Source: Polyangiales bacterium | Lineage (GTDB): Bacteria; Myxococcota_A; Polyangia; Polyangiales; Polyangiaceae | Assembly (NCBI GenBank): GCA_038230375.1 | Contig: JBBRNJ010000029.1 | Location: 30,026-94,025, forward strand | Direction of reading: 5' to 3' | Length of the DNA: 64,000 nt | Shown here: in pieces, positions 11,013 through 21,134 of the stretch | Numbering within the stretch: the stretch's first letter is position 1 | Layout: each line of letters begins with the position of its first letter | Made by a program: the position numbers and the translations under genes | Notes under the pieces: generated by a model | What the model was told of the DNA's origin: nothing | Databases searched by the model: none | Seen by the model: the letters and a program-made list of their open reading frames with translations, nothing else

Positions 11013-12089
11013 CTAACCGCGCGAGAAGATCTCCGACAGCTCCTGCGGCGCGACCACGTCCAGCTGGGCAAAGTTGCAGTCCTTGGGCGCCTTGTCCGTA
11101 CGCCAGCGCCGGAACTGGGCCGTGTGGCGGAAACGTGTACCTTGCATATGATCGTAGGCCACCTGGACGGTGAGCTCGATGCGAAGGGGAATCCACGAGA
11201 GATCTTTTCCCTGGCTCCAGCGGCTCTTCGCGCCGGGCTTTCGCGTGCCGTCCTGGTGCGCGTCCGCGGTGGCCCATTCCTTCCACGGGTGGTTCTCGAG
11301 CGCGTTCTCCCGATAGGGCGCGAGGAACTCCACGAGCTCGCGTCGCTTCGCCGCCGTGAAGCTCGCGGACACACCCACGTGGTGGAGCGCGCCGTCATCG
11401 CTGAAGAGCCCGAGCAAGAGCGAGCCCACGGCGCTCCCCTCACCGTCCTTGTGCCAGCGAAAGCCGGCGACCACGGCGTCGCATTCGCGCTCGTGCTTCA
11501 CCTTGAGCATGGTGCGCTTGTTGGGCTCGTACTTACCGACCGCGCTCTTTGCCATGACGCCGTCCAGGCCTGCGCCCTCGAAGCGGGAGAACCAATCCCC
11601 CGCCACGACACGGTCGGTCGTGGCGGGCGTCACGTGCAGCGGCGGCTCCGCCTTTGCAAGAACGGAGAGGAGCTCGAGACGGCGCGCGCGGAAAGGCTCG
11701 TCACGCAGATCGCGGTCGCCCAGGCAGAGCAGATCCCAGAAGACCACCGCTGCTGGCGTCTCCTTGGACAGCTGGTTTATTCGCTTCGCCGCGGGATGCA
11801 GGCGCTGTTGAAGTGCCTCGAAATCCAGGCCGCGGTCGTTCGCGATGACGATCTCGCCGTCCAGCACGCAGCGCTCGGGCAACATGCTTCCCAGCGGCCC
11901 GAGAAGCTCCGGGAAGTAGCGCGCGAGCGGCTTCTCGTCGCGGCTTTGGATGATGATGTCCGCCCCGTCCTTGAACACGAGGGCGCGAAAGCCGTCCCAC
12001 TTCGGCTCGAAGATCCAGTCCTCACCCTCAGGGATGGCGGAGACGCGTTTCGCGAGCATGGGGAGCATGGGCGGAGGGACGGGAAGCAC
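11013..12089 (-). CDS. ligC: ATP-dependent DNA ligase, LigC type
   Basis: EPKWDGFR adenylation motif, LDGEIV, DGVMAK, MLKVK, GSLLLGL, RFRHTAQFRRWRTDK; minimal NTase+OB size (358 aa). Confidence 0.9.
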   Translation of the reverse strand: MLPVPPPMLPMLAKRVSAIPEGEDWIFEPKWDGFRALVFKDGADIIIQSRDEKPLARYFPELLGPLGSMLPERCVLDGEIVIANDRGLDFEALQQRLHPAAKRINQLSKETPAAVVFWDLLCLGDRDLRDEPFRARRLELLSVLAKAEPPLHVTPATTDRVVAGDWFSRFEGAGLDGVMAKSAVGKYEPNKRTMLKVKHERECDAVVAGFRWHKDGEGSAVGSLLLGLFSDDGALHHVGVSASFTAAKRRELVEFLAPYRENALENHPWKEWATADAHQDGTRKPGAKSRWSQGKDLSWIPLRIELTVQVAYDHMQGTRFRHTAQFRRWRTDKAPKDCNFAQLDVVAPQELSEIFSRG

Positions 12090-12131
12090 GTGCGCATTCT
12101 ACTCCGCAACGCGCGATGATATGCGATCTCG

Positions 12132-12584
12132 ATGCGAACCTACCTTGCACTGGCAGTTCTGGTGCTCGCCACCCCGGCGTGCGAGCCGACCCCCGCAACG
12201 ACGACGGCGACGACGACACCGACTTCGACGACGACACCGACTTCGACGATGACACCGACTTCGACTTCGACGACGACGCCGACCTCGACTTCGACTTCGA
12301 CTTCGACGACGACTTCGACCTCGACCCCACCCTCTCCTGCTCGGGGGGCGATGCCGCCGATCGAGACGGCTTGCTCGGCGGACGCCGACTGCGACATCTA
12401 CATGGAGGGCAGCGCGGCGGACCCGTGTTGTCCGCAGTGCACCACCTACAAGGCGGGGACCAAGGCGTCGCTCGCGAAGTTTCGCGCGGCATGCACCAGC
12501 GTGTGTGGCGGCAGCTGCGCGACGCTGCCGACGCATGCGAAGTGCAGCAGCGGAAAATGTGTCGCCGTTGGCGACAAACCCTGA
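12132..12584 (+). CDS. lipoprotein with Thr/Ser-rich stalk and Cys-rich C-terminal domain
   Basis: Signal MRTYLALAVLVLATPAC, Thr-Ser repeats, C-terminal domain with ~10 Cys. Confidence 0.65.
   Translation: MRTYLALAVLVLATPACEPTPATTTATTTPTSTTTPTSTMTPTSTSTTTPTSTSTSTSTTTSTSTPPSPARGAMPPIETACSADADCDIYMEGSAADPCCPQCTTYKAGTKASLAKFRAACTSVCGGSCATLPTHAKCSSGKCVAVGDKP
12198..12326 (+). repeat. low-complexity CGA/CGACTT/CGACCT repeat encoding the Thr-Ser tract
   Basis: Visible tandem tri- and hexanucleotide units. Confidence 0.85.
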
Positions 12585-12591
12585 GCTGACC

Positions 12592-13638
12592 ATGACGGAG
12601 ATTCCGGTCGACCTCCTCGCCGCCGACGCGCTTGCGTACGACGCGCAGTATCGCAACGGGCTGAGTAACCACCTGCCGATGGCGCTGGTCGCGCTTGCGG
12701 GCTTGGGCGCGAGCCGCGTGCGGATCGTTGCGTTTCGTGAGCGGTACGCTCGCCGTCTGGAGCCCGCGCCGAAGGTGCCCGAACACGCCGAGAAGCTCGA
12801 GCGCGCTGACCTGGTGCGCCACCTTGGCACGCACGCTTGCTACGCGCAGTACGCAGAGCTCTTTCGCGCGCTGGTTCGAGCGGAAGCACCGCGCGAGGTC
12901 GCACGCGATGCGCTGCGTGAGCTCGTGCCCGGGCTCGCAGGAGGCGCTTTCCATGGGTTGATCCGCGTCGCGTACGCGCTGGGAACACCCGGGACACCGG
13001 TCGACGAGATCGCAGCGGCGCTCGCGTACATGGCAGACGTGCATCTCCCTCTCGAACCCGTGGACACGGCAGCCGATGAGAAGGCCGGGACCCGCTCGCT
13101 CGTCCTGCTCATGGAGGACACCGCGAAGGACTCCAGTGCGACGGCCTACGTCGGCAAGCGTGGGCTGATCTTCGACGACCTGGAAGACGTCGCATCAGGG
13201 CCTGCGTTCGCGCATCTGCTTCGGGCTGCAGCACGCGGTCCGCGCACGCTCGACGCAGCGGCGCGCGCCGCGCTCCTCCTGTACGCGAGCACCTCGCACT
13301 TCACCGCGCTCCACTGTGTGACGGCCACACATGCGCTGCGCGTGCTTGCGCCGCTCCTCGTGGAGCCCGCGCAGGCGGCCCGCGTGCTCGCGCGCGCCCT
13401 GATCGCTGCGTACATCACGATGGCCGCGCCAGCGCTCATGGACGACGAGGCCACCGACCGCATGCGGTCATGTGTCGTTCCGTCATGGGACGAGATCGCC
13501 CGCGCCGCGTGCGCCTCGGACAACGAGCATGTGATCAAGATCGTGTGGACCGCGCGAGAAGAGCACGGCGCCTACGGAGACCCGCTCTACACCTTCGTGG
13601 CGGCCCGCGCGGCGGGCCTTGCCGGCGTGAGCCCGTAG
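12592..13638 (+). CDS. questin oxidase family (DUF4243-like) protein
   Basis: LSNHLPMAL, AFHGLIRVAYA, FTALHCVTATHA, NEHVIK motifs. Confidence 0.75.
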   Translation: MTEIPVDLLAADALAYDAQYRNGLSNHLPMALVALAGLGASRVRIVAFRERYARRLEPAPKVPEHAEKLERADLVRHLGTHACYAQYAELFRALVRAEAPREVARDALRELVPGLAGGAFHGLIRVAYALGTPGTPVDEIAAALAYMADVHLPLEPVDTAADEKAGTRSLVLLMEDTAKDSSATAYVGKRGLIFDDLEDVASGPAFAHLLRAAARGPRTLDAAARAALLLYASTSHFTALHCVTATHALRVLAPLLVEPAQAARVLARALIAAYITMAAPALMDDEATDRMRSCVVPSWDEIARAACASDNEHVIKIVWTAREEHGAYGDPLYTFVAARAAGLAGVSP

Positions 13639-13737
13639 GCGGCTCGTCGCGGTGCTTCGCATCTTGTGGCGCTCGGTGACCCCGCAAACTGCCACGTCAC
13701 CACCTCGTCCGGCGCCTTGGTGACGTGTTTCGTCGGT

Positions 13738-13753
13738 CGGCACGCGCCATGCT
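13738..13753 (+). promoter_or_regulatory. possible sigma54 -24/-12 promoter
   Basis: CGGCACG-CGCC-ATGCT (GG-N10-GC), 13 nt before ATG 13766; 10-bp inverted repeat CACGTCACCA/TGGTGACGTG just upstream (13693-13727). Confidence 0.4.
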
Positions 13754-13765
13754 CCAACGACGTGC

Positions 13766-14713
13766 ATGTTCAAACGAGGGCTCCGGGGTCCGCGCGGCAT
13801 CGTGTTGCTCTTCACCGGCGTGGCGCTGTCGGCGTGCGGAGCGAGCCCGCCGCCGAGACCGAGCGGCGCTGACACGACACAGACACATTTTCCGTCACCA
13901 ACGGGGGCGGCGCGCGCGACGACTCCGCTGATGTCAGCGCAGACGCGACAGACCCCCGCGAAGAGGAAGCTCGCGAAGACGGAGGCGCGTCCCACGTTCG
14001 ACGGTTCGCCCACTGCGCGCAAACGTGCGCTGCTGATCACGGAAGTGCAGGCCCTGGAGAATCTCGCGACGGTCACGCCCGCACAGGCGGCCGACCGCCC
14101 TGTGCTCATGCGGCGCATCGCGCAGGACTACGCCGAGCTCGAGGCCGCGGCGGAGAACGAGGGTGTGCCGCAGCTCCAGTCGGATGCGCGTGCGAAGGCG
14201 ATCACCACGTACACCCGCCTGGTGAACGAGCACCCTGGCTATCCGCAGAAGGACGAGGCCATGTTCTCGCTGGCCCACGAATATGAGCTCGGTGGCGATC
14301 TTGCGAATGCGCGAAGGGTCTACTACCAGCTCTTGCAGGTCGCCCCCAGCTCGCGCTTCGTGCCCTTCGTCTACGTGGACTTCGGGGACATCTTCTTCGA
14401 CGAGGCGGAGCAAGAGCCGGAGAAATGGGCGCTTGCGCGTGCTGCGTATCGACGCGCACTCGAGTTCCCCGCGTCGGCGAACAGGGCGTACGGCTACGCG
14501 TGGTACAAGCTGGCGTGGGTGGAGGAGAATCAAGGAGCGCGGGACGAGGCGCTGCGGGACTTCGACAAAGCCATCGCGTTCGCGACGGACTATGCGGCCG
14601 TTCCGGGCGCGGGGAAGCTGGGCGAAGCGGCGCGCAACGACCGCGCTACGCTGGCCGCCACCGGCTGTGCACCGGTGATACCTTCGGGGGATGACTCGAC
14701 CCTCCCTCCGTGA
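13766..14713 (+). CDS. TPR-repeat lipoprotein
   Basis: LSAC lipobox; helical TPR-like repeats (DEAMFSLA, YAWYKLAW). Confidence 0.7.
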   Translation: MFKRGLRGPRGIVLLFTGVALSACGASPPPRPSGADTTQTHFPSPTGAARATTPLMSAQTRQTPAKRKLAKTEARPTFDGSPTARKRALLITEVQALENLATVTPAQAADRPVLMRRIAQDYAELEAAAENEGVPQLQSDARAKAITTYTRLVNEHPGYPQKDEAMFSLAHEYELGGDLANARRVYYQLLQVAPSSRFVPFVYVDFGDIFFDEAEQEPEKWALARAAYRRALEFPASANRAYGYAWYKLAWVEENQGARDEALRDFDKAIAFATDYAAVPGAGKLGEAARNDRATLAATGCAPVIPSGDDSTLPP

Positions 14714-15263
14714 CTGCCGCGTGCTCTCGGCACCGGTCCTCGCGCTGTCGCTCGTCCTCGCGGCGTGCGGGCCCAGCGAGAAGGCACCGGCCACACCCCA
14801 GGCAGGCGAGGCCACGGCCAGCACTCCGTACACGGCCGACGAGATCCGCGAGTCGTCGCGCACCGGCCGCCGCTACGAATGGAACGTGGAGGTACCAGGC
14901 AAGCCGCGCGAGGTCCGCGTGCTCACGTTCATCCGCGTGAACAAGGGCGGCGCCGAGGTGGAGAACGTGACCCTGGACGCGACGGGCCACATGGTCGGCG
15001 ATCCGGTCCGCGGCAGCGCCACCTGGCAGGAGCTGCGTGACCACGCGGCATTTCCGGCCTCGCACGTCACGGTGACGGAGGAGTCGATCACCGTGCCGGC
15101 CGGCACCTACCCGTGCAAGCTCTACACGGTGACGGAGGGCGCAAAGGTGAGCCGCTTCTGGTTTGCGAACACCATGCCCGGGCCGCCGGTGAAGCTCGCC
15201 ATCACCGAAGGCGGTGCAGCGAAGGAGCAGCGGGAGCTATTCCGGATCACGAACGTGGAGTGA
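14691..15263 (+). CDS. hypothetical lipoprotein
   Basis: LAAC lipobox; ESITVPAGTYPC motif. Confidence 0.65.
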   Translation: MTRPSLRDCRVLSAPVLALSLVLAACGPSEKAPATPQAGEATASTPYTADEIRESSRTGRRYEWNVEVPGKPREVRVLTFIRVNKGGAEVENVTLDATGHMVGDPVRGSATWQELRDHAAFPASHVTVTEESITVPAGTYPCKLYTVTEGAKVSRFWFANTMPGPPVKLAITEGGAAKEQRELFRITNVE

Positions 15264-15266
15264 ACC

Positions 15267-15746
15267 TCAGAACATGGCCGGGATCACGTCGCGCAGCACC
15301 TGCACCAGCATCACCAGGTTGACGACCGCGCCCAGGGCAAAGGACGCTGTGCGGAACGGCTGCTTCGCGTTGACGTAGAAGGCCGCGTGGAAGAGACGCA
15401 CGCCGACGAAGGTGAAGAAGAGGATCTTCGCCATGAGGACGCTCGGCTCCGTCAGCGCGTACAGGAAGCCGATCGCGAAGAACGGCACGGCGTTCTCCAT
15501 CGCATTGAGGTGTGCGCGCTTCACGCGTTGTACCTCGGTGTGCTCCTCGTCCACGACCTTCGCGCCGGAGTTCACCTTGACGTCCTCTGGGTTGACGACA
15601 GCCTTCTTCTCCGCGCGCTTCTTTGCGGTGAGAAAGCCAAGGCCGTACATGGTCACGATCACGATCGCGCTCGACAGCGCGTAGAGCTGCAGCACGGGCA
15701 CGAGGCCGGCGTGCGCGCCATCGAGTGGTTGGCTCAAAAGGCTCAT
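15267..15746 (-). CDS. MAPEG family membrane protein (microsomal GST-like)
   Basis: NPED, VQRVKRAHLNAMENAVPF, R-x-x-H; hydrophobic helices. Confidence 0.9.
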   Translation of the reverse strand: MSLLSQPLDGAHAGLVPVLQLYALSSAIVIVTMYGLGFLTAKKRAEKKAVVNPEDVKVNSGAKVVDEEHTEVQRVKRAHLNAMENAVPFFAIGFLYALTEPSVLMAKILFFTFVGVRLFHAAFYVNAKQPFRTASFALGAVVNLVMLVQVLRDVIPAMF

Positions 15747-15839
15747 GGTTCAGTCCCCTTCAGAACACCATCGCACGCGTGGTGGGGATGTTCCAGCACC
15801 CGTTCCAGTCGTGCTAACCTTGCAGAGAGTCAGCTCCGG

Positions 15840-17387
15840 ATGGATTCCCGCCCTCGGTACCCAGCGACGCTTGCATCTTCCGAGGATGCGCCCACGTTGG
15901 CGGAGCCCTTGAACCGCAGCCCGACCCGCGACCCCTACGTGGGTTCGACCATCGACGACCGCTATGTCGTCGAGCGCTGCATCGGTCAGGGCGGCATGGG
16001 CGTGGTGTATGTCGCGCGGCACAAGATGATCGACAAGCGCTTCGCGATCAAGATCCTGCGCGTGGAGATGGTCGGCGCACCTGACCTTGTGCGGCGCTTT
16101 CTGAACGAGGCGCGCGCTGCATCCAGCATTGGCAATCCGCACATCGTGGACGTGGTGGACTTCGGACAACTGCCCGATGGCGCGCCGTACTTCGTGATGG
16201 AGTACCTGGAGGGAGAGAGCCTGGCGACGCGCATGATGGAGCGGCGCGGTCTTCCTGCCCATCACATCATGCGCATCGCGAGCGAGATCGCGGACGGCCT
16301 GCATGCCGCCCACGAAGCGGGCATCGTGCACCGCGACCTCAAGCCGGACAACGTCATGTTGAAGCGCGGGGCCGAGCACCCGGACTTCGTGAAGGTGCTG
16401 GATTTCGGCATCGCCAAGGTCAGTGGAGAAAGCAAGCGGCTGACCATGGCCGGCAGCGTGTTCGGAACACCGCACTACATGTCGCCCGAGCAGGCAGAGG
16501 GCAAGACGGTCGATCGTCGAACCGACATCTATTCGCTCGGCGTGATGATGTACGAGATGACGGTGGGGCGCGTGCCGTTCGACGCGGAGAGCTTCATGGG
16601 AATCCTGTCCCAGCACATGCACAAGGCGCCAACGCCGGTGCGACAGCTGCGGCCGGACGTTCCGCCCGCGCTCGACGCGGTCATCGAGAGGTGCATGGCC
16701 AAGGATCCGCGCGATAGGTTCGCCACCATGGCGGAGCTCGTCAGCGCGCTCGGTCTTGCATCGCAGGGAATCATTCCGTCCGCCATGCCCAGCGTGCCGC
16801 GAGGCGCGGAGCTTCCGCGGGGTTCGTGGGCCGACAGGTCGGGTGGGCACGCGGCGGTCGGGCCCATGCCGGCGCCACGAGGGCTGCCGCGTGCAGCGTG
16901 GATCGCGCTCGGCGTCGTGACCGTCTGTGGCGCGGGTCTCTTCGCAGTGCGCGCTCTCCTGCACCGCACCGATGAGATCTCCCGCGTCGGGGAGACACGC
17001 GCGCCTCCTGGCGGGAGCGAGGCAAGCCCACCGCCGAGCGTGATCGCGACCAACGTCGGCTCACCCTCGGGCAATCGGCCACCCATCGACTTCAAGGTCG
17101 TCACCATCATCGCGAATCCGCTGGACGCGACCATTCGGCGCGACGACATCGACGTTGGTATGGCACCGAAGGACATCTCGATCGCACCGGCCGAGACCGC
17201 CCAGGTGACCGTCTCGCGCGATGGCTACGTGAGCCGCACAATCACAGTGGATGGAAGCAAGCCTCGCATCGAGGTGCACCTGCAGCACGTGAGCGAAGGC
17301 GCAGTGGCGCCACGCCCAACAGCTCCAGCCAAGCCGCTATGCCCGGCCGGCGAGCGGATGATCAAGGACCACTGCGAACGCTTCTGA
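15840..17387 (+). CDS. membrane Ser/Thr protein kinase with C-terminal PEGA-like domain
   Basis: GQGGMG, AIK, HRDLKPDN, DFG, GTPHYMSPE, one TM helix; start MDSRP. Confidence 0.93.
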   Translation: MDSRPRYPATLASSEDAPTLAEPLNRSPTRDPYVGSTIDDRYVVERCIGQGGMGVVYVARHKMIDKRFAIKILRVEMVGAPDLVRRFLNEARAASSIGNPHIVDVVDFGQLPDGAPYFVMEYLEGESLATRMMERRGLPAHHIMRIASEIADGLHAAHEAGIVHRDLKPDNVMLKRGAEHPDFVKVLDFGIAKVSGESKRLTMAGSVFGTPHYMSPEQAEGKTVDRRTDIYSLGVMMYEMTVGRVPFDAESFMGILSQHMHKAPTPVRQLRPDVPPALDAVIERCMAKDPRDRFATMAELVSALGLASQGIIPSAMPSVPRGAELPRGSWADRSGGHAAVGPMPAPRGLPRAAWIALGVVTVCGAGLFAVRALLHRTDEISRVGETRAPPGGSEASPPPSVIATNVGSPSGNRPPIDFKVVTIIANPLDATIRRDDIDVGMAPKDISIAPAETAQVTVSRDGYVSRTITVDGSKPRIEVHLQHVSEGAVAPRPTAPAKPLCPAGERMIKDHCERF

Positions 17388-17402
17388 GGAGCGGCCGCGC
17401 CT

Positions 17403-17987
17403 TCAGGGACACCTTGGCGTGGTGCCACACGCCCCGACCGCAAGGCCGCGGCAATGGACCGTGTTGCACGGTGTGCCGATCGGGCAATCGAGGTTGGTGG
17501 TGCACGCAAGCGAGCGCGCGCCGCACGAGGCTGCATACGCCGTGAAGGCGCCGGGGCCGTTCCCGTTCCAGCAGCATTCGCTCTCACTCGTCTGGTCAGT
17601 CCTCTCGCAGGCCATGAACAGGCCGCCGCCGCACGTGGTCTGCGCGTTCTGTAGATCGGCACAGAACGGCGTTCCGCCCGCTGGGGGTACGCAGCAGCCG
17701 AGCCCCTGCGTCTGGTCACACAACGAGCCGTCCGCTCCTTGGCATGCAATGGACGTGGACGTCTGCGCATCCTGTTGCTCAGGAAGGATCGTGGCGTCAG
17801 CGGGAGAGGAGGAGCCACCACCATCCGCGACGGTCGACGCTTCGCCGTTGATGTCCCCGGCGTCACCCGCGTCCGTGTACGCAAGGTCGACGTTGGCGAT
17901 GGACGTGCACGCGGCGAGCACGGCGGCGCCGCCGATCGCGAGCGCGGCGACGAGCGCACCGGCTGTGGAGCGAAGCAGGCTCACCAT
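17403..17987 (-). CDS. Cys-rich lipoprotein
   Basis: VLAAC lipobox, DAG linker, ~16 Cys; start overlaps stop of upstream gene. Confidence 0.7.
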   Translation of the reverse strand: MVSLLRSTAGALVAALAIGGAAVLAACTSIANVDLAYTDAGDAGDINGEASTVADGGGSSSPADATILPEQQDAQTSTSIACQGADGSLCDQTQGLGCCVPPAGGTPFCADLQNAQTTCGGGLFMACERTDQTSESECCWNGNGPGAFTAYAASCGARSLACTTNLDCPIGTPCNTVHCRGLAVGACGTTPRCP

Positions 17988-18973
17988 GTTCCCAGCACCG
18001 AGACGGAGGCGTCCTTCTGGCCGATCTGCGGCCCGATCCGGAGCTGGCCTGTCCTGCTGCCAGGCGAAGGCGCGGTGAAGTACAGGACGCCTCCGCCCAC
18101 GAGCGCGAGCGCGCCACCAATGAAGGCGACCGTGGAGACGGTGGCCGTGGTCCGCTCCGACGCCTTGTCCAGATCGAGCGAGCCTGACGGCGCCGTGCAG
18201 CTTCCGATGTTGCCTCCACATGCGGTCTGGATGTCGTTTCTCTTGTTCAGGGCAAGGACGCCAAACACCGCGCCGGTCGCGAGCCCCGCGACGCCCACGC
18301 CACCGAGGGTCAGGCCGAGCGCGCGCCGTGCGGATCCCACGGGCTCGCTCGGGGATGCGGCCAGTTCCAACCGTGGGGGGCAACCGTCAGGCTCCATCAC
18401 CACCCGCGCCTGACCAGGTGCCTTCACGTCCGCCACGACCGTCGCCGACCAGTGACGCATCGGCGCCGTGGCTTCCAGTTGATGCGCGCCCGCCGTCGCC
18501 GTGAAGACGCCGCTGCGAAGATAGAACTTGTCCACCGCCTTGCCGTCGATGCGAAGCTCGAATGCAGCCTCGTCGACGAGCGCGGTCGGCGCGCTCACGC
18601 GGAAGGTGGGTAAGGTCTTCTCGAGCGTTGACGCACGCGTCTCTATGGCGGCAACGCGGTCATCGCGATTCGTGGCCGCCAGGCTCGCAGCCTCCTTGAG
18701 GATGCGCCACGCGTTTTGCGGGTCCGTCGCCTCGAAGCATGCAGCTAGCGCCAGGCGTGCGCCCACCGACGACTCCGCCTCCAGGCTCTCGCGCAGCTTC
18801 GGAATGGCGGTATCGCAGTGACCGCTCTCCAGGAGCTTGCCGCCCTCGTCGAAGAGCGCGACGGCTCGCTCGTGACTCGCGGTGTCTGCTTGTGCGTCGG
18901 TGCTGGAGAGCACGAACGTGAGCAGCGCAGAGGAGACCAAGGCTGCACGACCAACAGCGACGCGCATACGCAT
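17981..18973 (-). CDS. secreted TPR / PEGA-like protein with C-terminal hydrophobic hairpin
   Basis: Signal peptide (AQA), N-terminal TPR helices, beta domain, two Gly-rich hydrophobic segments flanking CGGNIGSC. Confidence 0.7.
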   Translation of the reverse strand: MRMRVAVGRAALVSSALLTFVLSSTDAQADTASHERAVALFDEGGKLLESGHCDTAIPKLRESLEAESSVGARLALAACFEATDPQNAWRILKEAASLAATNRDDRVAAIETRASTLEKTLPTFRVSAPTALVDEAAFELRIDGKAVDKFYLRSGVFTATAGAHQLEATAPMRHWSATVVADVKAPGQARVVMEPDGCPPRLELAASPSEPVGSARRALGLTLGGVGVAGLATGAVFGVLALNKRNDIQTACGGNIGSCTAPSGSLDLDKASERTTATVSTVAFIGGALALVGGGVLYFTAPSPGSRTGQLRIGPQIGQKDASVSVLGTW

Positions 18974-19247
18974 GTGAAAGAGAACGTGACGCGGAAATGG
19001 ACCCGCGCAACTTGAATGAAATCAACTACGTGTGCGCCCCCCGTGGTTTGCAGGCGCAGTAGAGAAATCAGATGGACGAGTAAGCGCTCACTGATGTTGC
19101 GAGCGCGATTGTCCGCGCTACGAGCGTCTCTTCAAGGCGACACGCGCGACCCGCGCCCACGACGTTCTCGGCGGGTCCCGGCGTATACTGGCCCCAGATG
19201 CGCGGTCACGTCGCGCGGTCAGTCACACCTTGGGATCGGGAAACGAC

Positions 19248-21098
19248 ATGCTCTCCGTGAGAACGGTTGTCGCCATCTCCATCTTCGCCCTTGCCGCTTC
19301 GTTTGCGGGCTGCAAGCGCGACGGCGCGCCCACGGAGAAGTCGGTGCCAGTGACCGGCGTGGTGGACGCAGGGATCGTCACGCCTGCGGCCCCGCCGTTT
19401 CCTCGCGCCCAGCTGATGCCATCCGCCGCGAAGACGTCCGGACCGCTCGCCCGCGCGCAGTGGGCCTCTCGTGAGGTGCTCTTCCTTGCCGACGCGGATG
19501 ACAAGGCCGTCGTGACGGTGGATGCAGCGTCGCTCGAGGTGCTCGGTCGTACACCCGTGCCGGGAGCGCCATCGTCTCTGACCGTGGCCTCGGGCTCGCT
19601 CTACGTGGCGCTGCGCGACGCATCTTCGGTGCTGGAGCTCCACGCGCACGCCACCAGCGTGGGCACGTTCCAGCGCGTACGCACCCTGGCAACCCGTGCG
19701 GAGCCGGTCGCGCTCGCAGCGACGGACGCGGAGCTCATCGTGGTCTCCGCGCTGGGTCATTCGCTGGAGAGGCTCTCGCTTGCATCGGGTGAGCCCACGA
19801 AGACGACGCAGCTGGCACGTGAGCCCCGCTCGTTGCTGATCCTTCCAGGCGGCGACGTGATCGTCGGCCACGCGAGCCGCGGACCGCTCAGCGTGGTGAA
19901 GGCCGATGGCACCGTCGACGCGATCGATCTCACGGAGCCGCACATCTGCACCAGCGCGATGGGCGACGAATGCATGACCATCTCCGACATCGATGCGACG
20001 CAGCACTTCGCGCTCGGTGAGATCGACGGCCGAGTCGTGGTCCTCGGGTCGCTCTCCACCACCACGGGCTCTGGCTCCAGCTACGGCGGCGGCGGCGGGC
20101 GTGGTGGTGTGTTCCCGACCAACCTCGGCATCGACCTGGTCTCCGTGAGCGACAAGAAGATCATCAACGCAGCAGACCGCCGGCGCTCCGGGCATTGCAG
20201 CCTGCCGCGCGCGATGGTCGTGGACCGCGAGCGCAAGGAGGTCGTCGTCGCGTGCATGGGTGATCAACATCTGTCGCGCTATGCGCTGGTGAAGATCGGC
20301 GCCGAATGGGTGGCGACGAACGAAGTGCAGTCCGTCCCCGTTCAAGGTGCGCCCGCGGGTATCGCGGTGGACGACAAGACCGGAGACGTCGTCGCATGGG
20401 CCAGCGAGGCGCGCACGCTCACGCGCCACACGCGCGAAAAGGGCAAGCTCACCGCCGCAGGGACTGCACGCACGTTGGTGCTGGAAAAACCGCTCGATCC
20501 GACGTGGAAGCACGGGCGTGAGCTCTTTCACACTGCGGACGCGCGTATCTCCACGCTCGGATTCTCTTGCGCCCATTGCCATCCGGACGGCCACGACGAC
20601 GACGTGCTGTGGAGCACGCCGCGCGGGAAGCGGCGCCCCATGTCGCTGGTCGACCTTCCTGACGCGGGCCCGTACGGGTGGGACTCGCAGAGCCCCACGC
20701 TGGAGCGCCATGTGAAGGACACGATCTCCATCCACCTCGCGGGTGCGGGCCTTCCGCAGCCGGAGATGGACGCGCTCCTCACGTACGTGCGCTCCCTCCA
20801 CCGCACCGGAACGAAGCGGATCGGCGATGGCGAGAAGGCCTTCGAGAAGGCCGACTGCAGCAAGTGCCACGATCCGGCGCGCGGCTACGGCGACGGCACG
20901 CCACACCTGCTCGCGAAGGACCTGAACGTGCGCACCCCACGGCTCTTCGCGCTGGGCGGCAGGCGGGCGTACTTCCACGACGGCCGCTATGCATCGCTCG
21001 ACGCGCTGCTGGACGACCGCTCGATCGCCATGGGCGAGGTGGCCACCCTCACGCCGGACGAGCGCAAAGCGCTGGTCGGCTTCCTGGAATCGCTCTGA
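19248..21098 (+). CDS. lipoprotein: YncE-like beta-propeller plus di-heme cytochrome c domain
   Basis: FAGC lipobox; CAHCH and CSKCH heme motifs; GPYGWD, RTPRL, YFHDG as in cytochrome c peroxidase/MauG-like domains. Confidence 0.8.
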   Translation: MLSVRTVVAISIFALAASFAGCKRDGAPTEKSVPVTGVVDAGIVTPAAPPFPRAQLMPSAAKTSGPLARAQWASREVLFLADADDKAVVTVDAASLEVLGRTPVPGAPSSLTVASGSLYVALRDASSVLELHAHATSVGTFQRVRTLATRAEPVALAATDAELIVVSALGHSLERLSLASGEPTKTTQLAREPRSLLILPGGDVIVGHASRGPLSVVKADGTVDAIDLTEPHICTSAMGDECMTISDIDATQHFALGEIDGRVVVLGSLSTTTGSGSSYGGGGGRGGVFPTNLGIDLVSVSDKKIINAADRRRSGHCSLPRAMVVDRERKEVVVACMGDQHLSRYALVKIGAEWVATNEVQSVPVQGAPAGIAVDDKTGDVVAWASEARTLTRHTREKGKLTAAGTARTLVLEKPLDPTWKHGRELFHTADARISTLGFSCAHCHPDGHDDDVLWSTPRGKRRPMSLVDLPDAGPYGWDSQSPTLERHVKDTISIHLAGAGLPQPEMDALLTYVRSLHRTGTKRIGDGEKAFEKADCSKCHDPARGYGDGTPHLLAKDLNVRTPRLFALGGRRAYFHDGRYASLDALLDDRSIAMGEVATLTPDERKALVGFLESL

Positions 21099-21134
21099 CG
21101 TCGACGTGGAGTGAGCGCGCGCTAGCATGGGTGC

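Noticed and set aside
9627..12089. Canonical Ku-LigD NHEJ operon or split ligD
   Set aside because: No Ku or phosphoesterase domain; genes are convergent and look like Prim-PolC/LigC
12116..12589. Alternative frame encoding Asp-Phe repeats
   Set aside because: The 12132 frame has a signal peptide, lipobox and coherent Cys domain; this frame does not
15387..15839. N-terminal extension of the kinase ORF
   Set aside because: Antisense to the MAPEG gene; plausible start is 15840
18974..19247. AT-richer spacer as ncRNA or IS end
   Set aside because: No convincing stems or terminal repeats; consistent with a divergent promoter region (TATACT near 19184)
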